A DNA stretch of 59,151 bases, filler included, from Dugesia japonica (Eukaryota), in NCBI GenBank assembly GCA_001938525.1. It is 5 parts of 5 records of this genome, joined end to end, with 100 filler letters (N's around TTAATTAATTAA, not from the genome) between each part and the next. Parts side by side here need not be neighbours in the genome. Positions count along the whole stretch, not along the records: positions 10,636 to 19,160 come from MQRL01546168.1; positions 19,261 to 29,965 come from MQRL01619182.1; 3 more parts are not named here. One strand, 5' to 3'. This document shows, piece after piece, positions 14,629-25,252 of the stretch; position 1 is the first letter of the stretch, and each line of letters opens with the position of its first letter. Below the pieces are notes generated by a model. That model saw only the letters and a program-made list of their open reading frames with translations. It searched no databases and was not told the origin of the DNA. Both the position numbers and the translations under genes were made by a program.

Positions 14629-17045
14629 AAATGGAATCCATATGGGAGCGGATCGTAGATAGGCGCACCCGTCGAATAATTTTCCGGCGGCATCACAACC
14701 CTTACAACCGTGAGGCGGGGACAAGTCCAATCTACCTCCCGTCGAGGCCGCTGTTGCACGTATCCAGAGCTTCGGGGAGCGTCTGAACTACAGCCAGTGG
14801 AATGGGCCAGAGCGTAATCACGTTACCCCATTCCGTTACCAGCCTCCAGCCCCCCCGCCAGTAGTCCAGGCCTTCATTGCCAATATGCTCTATCGGATTA
14901 GAGAACCTTCTGGGACAGAAGACGCCGAGAATACGGCTCCAGCGGACAATAAAAATTCGGCATCTTGATGTCGCTATGATTTTAAATATTTCTTGTAATA
15001 AATAAGTGTTTAAGTTGTCTTAATCTACTCGTTAATTCATTAAGGGGNNNNNNNNNNNNNNNNNNNNNNNNNNNNNNNNNNNNNNNNNNNNNNNNNNATG
15101 TCATATAATAAATGTTTTCGAGAATCATTGGCTTAAAATTTTTTATAAGTTAACGGAAAATTATTGAACCCGAATAGAAAGGTTTATGGGTGTGCACCTC
15201 CCATTAAGAGAGAGGTCAACCACCATAAACTGAATACCTACCCTAGGGGTGGTAGGTAAAATTCTTGAAATGGTTCCCCTGAGGGCTGTTTTTATTTTCC
15301 CAGCCACGATATCTTTCAACCAACTCAGGTGGGACCCCAACAGTATTCAAGTTAATATAAGCTGTTTATTCGGTAGAAAAGATGCCATGTGAGATAGACG
15401 GGAAACGAGAGGAGGATCATTCATGATGGCGAACGAACCTAGAGTGAATTAGAGTGACTAAATAAAAATGAAAATTAACGATTTTGCTTCACGATATCAA
15501 ACTGTTAAACTGTTAATACGGTCATATACTCTCGGTTCGGTCAAGAATGATGAGTGATCCTGTACCTACTCAAGAATTAACGACCCTGATAGTAAGGATT
15601 CTTTTATAACTAGAAAAGATTTTTATTAACCATCACGCTAGTTGAGTTGAAAACTATAATTCACTAATTTGATAATCATGATTGAAATTTTGTTATGCAG
15701 ATGTCACGTCCGATCAAGCTAAAAGAAGTCGAAGCGAGTTTGAGCGACGACGGGTGGAGGTTTTGGACCAATGCAGCAAATGACATGCCGAATTCATGTG
15801 ACGCACTAAGGCTGGAAGGTACCAATACCGAGCCCTGGTAGATGATACAAGATAGAATAAACCAGAGAGAGGATCGCATTCAAATACTAGAGAAGGAAAT
15901 GGCTATTCAGAAACAACAACATTTCGAGAAATTGAATCGATTGAAGGAGCAAATCAGGGAACAAGAGCAACAGTACAAACATCAAATAACCAAAGTCGTC
16001 ATGAATCAGGAGGAGAGAGAAAAAGACTAGTACGACTGCTGACAGATACGATCGGGCTAAATAACCAGCAACATAGATTGATCACTACAATGAGGGCCAC
16101 ACAGTTGAAGGCTGAGGAGTTTACAAAGCAAACAACTCGACTAGCTAAACNGATTGAGACCGAACTCAGCTCCATATTGATGCCGTTAGAAAAGAGTGAT
16201 TATATTGAAAATCAAGATTTGTGTCAGTATTAATATAGCTTTCCGTTTTGATTCATTTATTCATTTCAATGTTATTTTAAAAGAAAATGTTTGTTTTAAG
16301 TATTGACTGACACTGGGAGTAGTATACTAAGGTTAAATAAAGAAACTTATAATTTTCACAGTAGTTAACGCCATCTATATATTAAAAAAAGGTTTTCTTT
16401 ATTACTTAACTTATTTGACTTCTATATTTCATTCAGTGCGAAATATAAGAAAATTAACATTGGGTACTTCAAGAGCAGATCTTTAAAAAAATGGGGTTCA
16501 ATGTACAAAACGTTGCAGAACGAGAACACAGTTTTGCAACAGAAGAACAATCATTTAAGAGATGGGAACGCGAAGTTAAGAGAAAGAGATTTGGCGTTGA
16601 CTCAAACATGTCGCACAATGGCCGACGTGATAAAATCTTATGCTGATCAAGAAGGGGTACTAATTGCCACCGTCCGTACCCTCAGTCAGGTGTCGAAAGT
16701 AGACAAGGAAGTTGGCCAAGTGGCTGCCGAGGAAGTGATCGATTTGAATGGTTGAATGACTTGTTTTAACAATAAATATCACACATCTTACAAATTTTTA
16801 GCCAAGAAATATGTTCAAAGGAATTAAATTGAGTGTAACCAGAAGAAGATTGAAAACACAAAACGGGATACCACATAGTCCCGCATGGACTCGGGGTGGA
16901 TGTAGCAACACAGGGAGTGTTGCCAAATTTCTGCTGGCTCCGGGGTATCTGCCCCTAGAAGATAACGAGATAAAAGGAATGACAAGAAAGAAGTACCAAG
17001 AGTTATAAGAGAGGAAATAAAANATCAAAACCTCGGAGCTCAACA
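14629..17045 (+). pseudogene. Unknown multi-segment coding cassette, copy A (segments ~14631, 15701-16030, ~16480-16755, ~16803-17045), coiled-coil-rich
   Basis: Each segment aligns at the protein level with segments at 31548-31675 (+) and 36700-37899 (-); several follow pyrimidine-rich AG acceptors; family not recognised. Confidence 0.6.
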
Positions 17046-17131
17046 GTAATATCTAAAACATTATCAAAATTATTTTATTTTATCAAAACTTACTTCATTC
17101 TAGTTAATTATTTTCAAGATATTGAGATAGT

Positions 17132-17640
17132 TTACACTAGTATTGCTCTGTCTGATGTAATTTGGATTTCATTTTCGAATACTCCATAGATTATTACATA
17201 TGCTGGTGTAGTCAAAGCATATCAAAATTTGATATCCAAACTCATATTCCCATGTTGGAAAAATTCACTCTGATTATTATCGAAATCTGGAGCAAGTATG
17301 AAGGTAAAGAATGGATGTTCGTTTATAAACTCTTCAAAAGTGTTTCCACAATTCATTTTCTTGTTTAGATATCCCAAATTTTTAACTACTGATTGCATGT
17401 ATTATGTGCTGTAATTATCATTTAGAAAATCTTGAATATATGATTCTCGATAATCACTGTTTTTTGAAAGAGTTATAGATTTGACATTGAAATGATCAAA
17501 ATTCGAGCTTAAAGTTTCAAAGTTTCCATTATATTGATATGTAGTTTGAAATTTTACCAACAAAAGGATTTGTAATCGACGATTTCCAAAGATTTGCTCC
17601 TTATTAAACGTTGTACTATCTTTACTGATTGCATAAACTA
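17132..17640 (-). mobile_element. Polinton/Maverick major capsid protein (double jelly roll) C-terminal remnant
   Basis: One frame with two stops: QYNGNFETLSSNFDHFNVKSITL...DFLNDNYST*YMQS..LGY..NCGNTFEEF..FTFILAPD..GNMSLDIKF*YALTTPAYVIIYGVFENEIQITSDRAILV*. Matches my recollection of the Polinton MCP C-terminal pattern (FNGS..NPFNFxHF; AFDLxPD; GxLxLxLxF; VIVYxEFxNxIEI). Confidence 0.7.
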
Positions 17641-17756
17641 AGTAAAAAAGGCAATTTGCTGATGAAAATAGGAATATCTATCAAGAAATTGAAAAAGTTT
17701 TTGATTTACGCTTCATTGTTGGTTAGTAGTTATTGTAAAAATAATTTCAATTGCAA

Positions 17757-17817
17757 AATTATTATCTTTATTATTATTATATTGTATTATTATTATTATA
17801 TTGTATTATTATTATTA

Positions 17818-17875
<58 letters not shown>
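17757..17875. repeat. (ATT)n microsatellite
   Basis: ATT run into a gap. Confidence 0.9.
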
Positions 17876-18096
17876 NNNNNNNNNNNNNNNNNNNNNNNNN
17901 NNNNNNNNNNNNNNNNNNNNNNNNNNNNNNNNNTTGTAAATTTCGTTAGAACTATTTGTTCTAATTTACAATATTTATCAGTAAACAATAAACAATGTAA
18001 ATTTTGAATATTTTAATTTATTGGGTTAAATGATGACTGTATAAATCCATGGTTTCGATTGTAATCTCAGGATATATCAACTAATTTAAAGATATC

Positions 18097-19160
18097 ATGA
18101 TAAGATCTGAAGTGCCATTAAATTATTATTCTTATTCATTTTTAAATAACGTATCTGTTATGATTTTATTACCAAATTTCTCTGTTGAAGAATTTAGCGT
18201 TAGTAGAAAGGTTTCTCTTTATGAATTGAAAGATATATTGATGAAAGAACTCAAAACTAATCCAATATACGAAAAGGAATTTGCTTTAAATAATTTTTCT
18301 TCATACATATTCTGTGGCGTTAATAGGGAAGCTGAAATTGAAGAATATTATGATGAATCACAACTTCTTTGTAATTTAAATTTGATGGATTTTGTTTTAA
18401 ACTGTTTAGAACGGAAAGGAAATAAACTTGAATCTCAGTTGACATCCGTTATCAATCATTGTATTGGATTAAATTTAGATAATATTCCGAAAGAAAATGA
18501 TGATTTGGAATTGTTGTTTGCTAGAAAATCATATTTGGAAGTTGTTCATAGTGAGCATGAAAATTTATTGAATAATAAAAATGAAGTTTTACTATATCAA
18601 TATGGAGCAGATTATAATGAGTACACTACACTAACTATTAGACAAATTCTTCAATCAATGAGTAATTTATATATAACATCTATAATTAGTTATAAAACTG
18701 CCGATAAATTTAAATGTATCATTAGTATATCGAAAGAATATACTGTTAAAGACACAATTAAAAAAATTCTTTATGATAAAAAAGAATGCTTTGAGTATGA
18801 TGTAAATACAGATTTAAGAGTTTGGTCTTCAGAAAATGCATCTAAATATGTTTTAAAAATTTCATCTTTGGATTCATATTTAATAAAACCAGATGATAAA
18901 TTAATTTATTATGAATATGTACAGAGTTGTCTGTACAATAACGAGTTTCCAATTTTAAGTTTATACCCGATAAGTTATTTAGAGAACATATCAATTACTC
19001 AATTTCTCATTCCTTCATATTTTTATCAAAATATGCCACAGATTAAACGTAAAAACCAAGTAGACATTACCAGTAAATATTTTTCGATATTTCTCAAAGG
19101 TGCTCAATTAATTTGTAAAGAAAATTCTAAGTTATATATCCGAGCTGCCATGTTTAATGG
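18097..19160 (+). CDS. Class I PI3-kinase catalytic subunit p110-like, 3'-partial (adaptor-binding domain, Ras-binding domain, start of C2)
   Basis: ILLPN...SLYELKDIL...SSYIFCGVNREAEIEEYYDESQLLCNL (ABD); YVLKI..DSYL...LIYYEYVQSCL (RBD); KLYIRAAMFNG (C2). Open for >1 kb and cut by the scaffold end. Confidence 0.85.
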
Positions 19161-19260
19161 NNNNNNNNNNNNNNNNNNNNNNNNNNNNNNNNNNNNNNNN
19201 NNNNTTAATTAATTAANNNNNNNNNNNNNNNNNNNNNNNNNNNNNNNNNNNNNNNNNNNN
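19161..19260. other. Artificial scaffold spacer
   Basis: N44-TTAATTAATTAA-N44. Confidence 0.95.
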
Positions 19261-19467
19261 TCAAAATTTCATGTATTTTTAAATATAATTAATTTCAACT
19301 GTTGTCATTAAATTTGCACATCAGTATATTAATTGTAAATATAAATAATCTTTTTAAAAAAGATAATATTTGAATTAATATATGTAAATTTATTATAATT
19401 TTTTATTGCTAAATGGGTGTATATATATATATATAATTAAAAACGCAAATTTTTAAAATTTTTATTT

Positions 19468-19900
19468 GTAAGACATGTTTCGAGCAAATATATCATCCGT
19501 TAATGTCGTAAGTTAAAAGAGGAAAGTGTTTATATATTGGCCAATAAAACATGTGATTAATCCAATAAAATAAGATTAAAATAAATTGAAAAGTGAATGT
19601 CAATTTGAGTATTATGAATCGGGTTATGCGACGCAATTCATTAAGCATCGTATGCAATTCTTTCAAAATATTTACCAAAACCACTTTACCAAACTGTAAA
19701 TTCATCAATACTTTTTTCTATTTTTACAGCAACAGGCATGATTTAAAACTGAAATTTTCTACTCGATTGTATATACTCACTGACACGTGTGTGAAGATGG
19801 CGTTTTGTCTCTACAATATTCGTGGCATCATACCCGTTACAATTAAATTGATAAACTAAGTTAGCGAGCAAAACTTTTGGTGTTGTAGATTTGTTGCTTA
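19468..19900 (-). mobile_element. Penelope-like element 3' fragment: GIY-YIG endonuclease plus degenerate hammerhead
   Basis: LVYQFNCNGYDATNIVETKRHLHTRVSEY (GIY-YIG consensus VYxxxC..YIGETxRxLxxRxxEH); downstream CGGATGA...CGAAACATGTC. Confidence 0.75.
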
Positions 19901-20994
19901 AATAACGGGAAAATGAATCTAAAAAAATAAAAGTTGTGCTTGACAAAGAAATAATGAAAATATAAAAAATTAAAATTATAATTAAAAGTAGATAAACACA
20001 ATAAAATACAGATTCAAAAATGTAATAGAGTTGAAACCAATCGCAGCCTTGTCAAAGTCTACAAATATAATAATATAACAAATAAATCGAAAGTATATCA
20101 GAAGAAAAATAAAATAAAACAAAAACATTAAATTGAAGACAAATAGTTGCAAACTCAAGTATATCACATATTATAATAACAAATATAAAATTGATAAGTC
20201 AGGAATATTGGTTTCAATAGAGTTACCTGGAATCACTAGACACTGTCTACTGGAGAAAACAAATAATTAAAGTTATTATGAAAGTTAAAATAAAATGATA
20301 TATAAATTTTGAACAAAAATTTTATATCATTCCCCTGGTTTCTGGGTTTTATTAATGGTTTCAATGATATTTATGGGTCCCTGATTATTTACCGTTTGAT
20401 GTTACGGATTTGGTATAGATTTCAATCTTTACTAATCCATTCGGAAGATGTTCCTTTTTATGGGCGCATATTTATGACTTTGAAACCATAATCATTGTAG
20501 ATCACTTATTGTTCTCTACAAATAATTTATTATGTATTCTATTTATAATACACCTAATTTTGTTTTTAGGCGAGCTTATTTTACGCAAATTTTATTCAAA
20601 AATGCAATGTATTAAATCGAATCAAATCGTGTAAAAAGAATGTAATGATTTTCTTTACTGACTTAAATTAAATTTGCATAGAAAAACTCTCGTAAAAACA
20701 GATTGGGATATATTAAGATTAGGCTTAAATTTATAACTTTCTGAGTTTGGTAGTAGATATGAACAATCAATAGTTTCATGAGTCTGACTCTTAATAATTA
20801 AACCAAAAACAATGATTTTATTTAGTTTAAAATCAATAATTTTCCTAAGCATTTTGTAAAATCTATTACATTTATTATTATTACAATTTTTAAAGATCTA
20901 AACATTTACAATGATTTAACATGATATATTAATTTCTATACATTAATATTATATTACAATTGCAATTATGTCTAGAATAATTATTGAACGTACC

Positions 20995-23900
20995 TGTAAG
21001 AATTAAAAATTGAAAATTGCAATTTAAAGTTTGAAGAAGAAAATGTTATAAAAGATTTCAAAATTTTTTTAAAATATTTAAAAACTTTGTTTAAATATTC
21101 AGGTTTCAAAAAATAGTTTTTGAAGATTCGAAATTTAATTTCATAAATAAAATTTTATTGAATTTAATGAACTTATCAGAAGTTTTTTTTTGCAATTAAC
21201 ATGGTGACCAACGCTTCAATGGACCTCATTTGAGAAACCCTACAACCAGGAATTTACCGGCATGGGGATGACATTGAACAGTTCATCAATGATTGTACCA
21301 AATACTTTGAATGTATTGGTGTAAAGAAAAAGGATATAAAAAAGCTTAATTGATTGAGAATTAAGAGAAGCATATGACTGCCGAGATGAATTACTAGATT
21401 TTGAGGACCGACTGAAGAAAGCGTTCTACAAAAAGACTATTCTAATACAAGACTTGGAACAAGCTTTAAAGTGCAAGAGAATGGATAAACACGTTTATGT
21501 GTACAAATAAAAGATTTTAGCACTGTTCGATAAAATCTTTGCTCACAAAATAGACAAAGAACTGATGACAAAATAATTAATATACAATAGTTGCCGCGAT
21601 AAAAGGAGGCAAATAAAGATTAAAGGAGACAAACTAGCCAACTCGGAAGAGATATTTGAAACTATAAAAACAAATGATGAACTAAAAGAGAACTTGAAAT
21701 AAACAGACAATGTACATACGGTAGAGAGTTACAGCAATGCATTCAAAAGAGGCATGGCAAATGCACGTTTCTCAGGAATTAAACGAACTCAACGTGAAAT
21801 TAAAAAATAAATTAAATGTTGGTCATGTCAGAAGATAGGTTATATCAGCAGAAGTTGTCCGGAAAAGAAAAGAACGTTTTACGCATGCGGATCAGAGAAT
21901 ATAAGAAGAAATTGTAATAAATTAGATGTTCAAAATGTGGAAAGAATTGACATCATACAGAAAAATGTTATACTNNNNNNNNNNNNNNNNNNNNNNNNNN
22001 NNNNNNNNNNNNNNNNNNNNNNNNNNNNNNNNNNNNNNNNNNNNNNNNNNNNNNNNNNNNNNNNNNNNNNNNNNNNNNNNNNNNNNNNNNNNNNNNNNNN
22101 NNGGAGGACATCAGTCAATAATGGATTCATGAAAAGAGATTGCAGTAGATGTGTAAACGCAATGGTAGAAGAGGATTAAGAGTGCATAAAGAGAGGAGAT
22201 AATATTTATTATTATGATGAGGACTAGTGGAAGAAGACAGTAGTGGAAGAAATGAGTCCGAATCTTTTTGGAGGACTAGACATGTAGCGCCAATTTTGAT
22301 ACTGCTTAAAGAAAGAAACAAAGGATTATGAGGATGAACAATGGATCTGCAACATATTCGCAAGGTTTGGCGGAAATTGAGGATGCTGAAAGAGAACACA
22401 GAGCTTTAAGAATTTTGATGACAAAACGAGACGAGAAACTGGAAAAGGTAATAGTTTAACATCGAAGAGTATTCGTGGCAGATAACTTAGATGTTGGATG
22501 TACAATGCTGGCGGAACATAAGATAGTGACAAAGGATTATCCAATAAATACGAAGCCTTGAAGACAACCCATTAATCTAGAAGAAAAAATAGATACGGCC
22601 ATAAAACATTTTGCGGAAGCTAATATTATGAGAAAATGTAATTCGCAGTAGAACACACCACTAATATGCGTCTGGATTAAAGAAAGAAAGGATATGAGAC
22701 TTCGCTTGGACTTCAGGAAACTTAACAAAGTTGCAGAATGACCGGCTTCCCAATGCCAAACGTGGAAAAATGTTAGACAATTTGTATGGGGCCAAATATT
22801 TCAGTACCATAGACTTGGGAAAAGCGTATTAGCAGGTACCGTTAGAAAATGAGTTACAAGAGAAAACAGCCTTTTCGACGAAAATTGGTCAATATTGCTT
22901 CACAAGAATGTCATTCGGCATAGCAGCAGCCCAGGAATATTCCAAGAACTAATAAGAAAAGTAGTGGACGGTATAGAGAAGGACTATCTCAGAAGGACTA
23001 AAAGAGCATTATATAACTCTGGATCAGGTATTAAAGCGGATCCAAAAGACAGGGTTGTGATGTCACCTTAGTGAAATTTCTTGGTCAAGGAATTCGAACA
23101 TATCTAATGAAAATCGAAGCCATCAAGAATTTTGAGAAACCCAAATTCGTAAAGAGACTAAGAGGCTTCCTCGGAATATGCAATTATTACAGGTTGTTCA
23201 TAAAAAATTGTTCAAAGAAATTAAGAGCCCTAGAAGAATTATGTGGAAGCAACAGCACCAAGNNNNNNNNNNNNNNNNNNNNNNNNNNNNNNNNNNNNNN
23301 NNNNNNNNNNNNNNNNNTAGAAGCACCTATTCTTGGATTCCCTGATATAAAGAAAACATTTATTTGAGTTACTGACGCCAGCTTCGACGCAAAAGGAGTG
23401 GTCCCATCACAAAATGATGACGATGGTAGAGAAAGAGTTATTGCTTACGGCTCACGTGCAATGACATCACATGAGAAGGGTTACTGTATCACACGGAAGG
23501 AATTACTAGCAATCTACTACTTCTGCAACCACTTTAAACATTTTTTATATGGAAAAAAATTCATAACGAAGACTGATCACAAAACCATCGTATTCATGAA
23601 AAAGACAAACAAACCGATAACACATCAGTTCCAGACATGGATGACTTACCTTAGCAACTTAGACATGGAACTAATATATAGACAAGACGAGAAGCAGGCA
23701 AACGCAGATATGGTCTCAAGAATGAAATCCGGAACGTTCACTCAATGTCAAATGCAACATGAAGATCCTGAGATTGAGAAGATGAAAACAAGACAGATAA
23801 ATCAGATGATAAAGATATAGAGATGTAAATGGCAATAAGGAATAGAGGAAATCAAACTAATCAAACGAGATATTCAAAAAGGAAAGAATTCAAAGTATAG

Positions 23901-25034
23901 AGTCGAAAGTAATATAGTGAAAACAAATGATGGAAAAATTTGTATTTCAAAAGAGAAAAGAATATCATTGATCAAAGAGGTATATACATTGTTAATACAT
24001 GCAGGAACAAAGAAAATGATCAGATATATAATCAGCAACTGCTACATGGAAGAACTGAATAAGATAATCACAGAATTGATAAGACAGTGTGAAGCACGCC
24101 AAAAGAACAAAGTTAATACTGTAGCAACAAAAGAGACAACAGTAAAATTAAGCGCAGTTTGTCCATTTGAAAAGATATATATGAACATATGTGGGCCTTT
24201 TCGAGAGACTGTGAACAGACGAAGATATATATGTGAAATAATAGACCAATACTGTCGATATGTAAGCCTAAGGGCAATCAGTAAGCAAGATGATGAAACT
24301 ATTAAAAAAGTGATAATGGAAAAATGGATTCTGAGATTTTGAGCACCGAGAGAAATTCATGTGAACAGTGGTAAACTTTTGGATCGAAAAACCTCAAAAA
24401 TTTGATGGAATCAATGAATATAGAAGTACATTTTTCAAGTCCATACCATCACAACACAAACTGAATTATAGAGAGATAATTCCTCACAATCAGAGACTGT
24501 ATTAACGCAACCACAGATGAAGATAGAAGAAAGAGACATTGGGGATATCACCAGCAGAATTGATATTCGGTAGGAGAATTCACTGAAAACAATGGTTCGA
24601 CAGCCAAAGAGATGACAAAGAGTCGATGAAAGAAACATGTACAAAAATGCAACTTCTATGCTGGAGACGAAATATTGCTAAAACTAGAATAAAAGACAAT
24701 GAAAGATACGCTGGCCCATACAAGATCACGGAGAAGGTACATGAGAGAAGAAATCGTATACGAAATGCAAATGGAAAAGTGCTAGAAAGGAACGTAGAAA
24801 AGCTTAAACAATTCTTTTAATCAAGGGGGAAAATTAGGAAAATTACAATTTAAAGTTTGAAGAAGAAAATGTTATAAAATATTTCAAGAATTTTTTAAAA
24901 TATTTAAAAACTTTGTTTAAATATCTAGTTTATAAAAATTAGTTTTTAAAGATTTGTAGATTTGAAATTTCGTTTCATAAATAAAATTTTATTGAATTTA
25001 ATGAACTTTTCAGAAAGTTTATCTGTAACTAACA
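20995..25034 (+). mobile_element. Full-length degenerate Gypsy LTR retrotransposon (5' LTR 20995-21201; 3' LTR ~24831-25034)
   Basis: TG...CA 5' LTR matching the 3' LTR; PBS TGGTGACC at 21202; PPT AAGGGGGA at ~24823; gag CCHC-like at ~21817; RT (DFRKLN, FSTIDL); RNase H (TDAS, ELLAI, TDHK); integrase; TSD-like GTACC/GTAAC. Confidence 0.92.
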
Positions 25035-25252
25035 GTAACCATTGATTGTTTCTCAGAATTCATTAAAAAAAAGCTTCGATCAAAATTTGTTTTTTTGGTA
25101 TTTAAAAATAATTTTTTTATTTCGATTTTGTCTTTGTCAGAAATTGACTTAATAATATTAATAACATTATATATTCTGAATTAATATTATATATTCTGAT
25201 AACTATTTTGTATTATTTTGAATTATTTTTTCATATGGTTTCTATTGTACAG

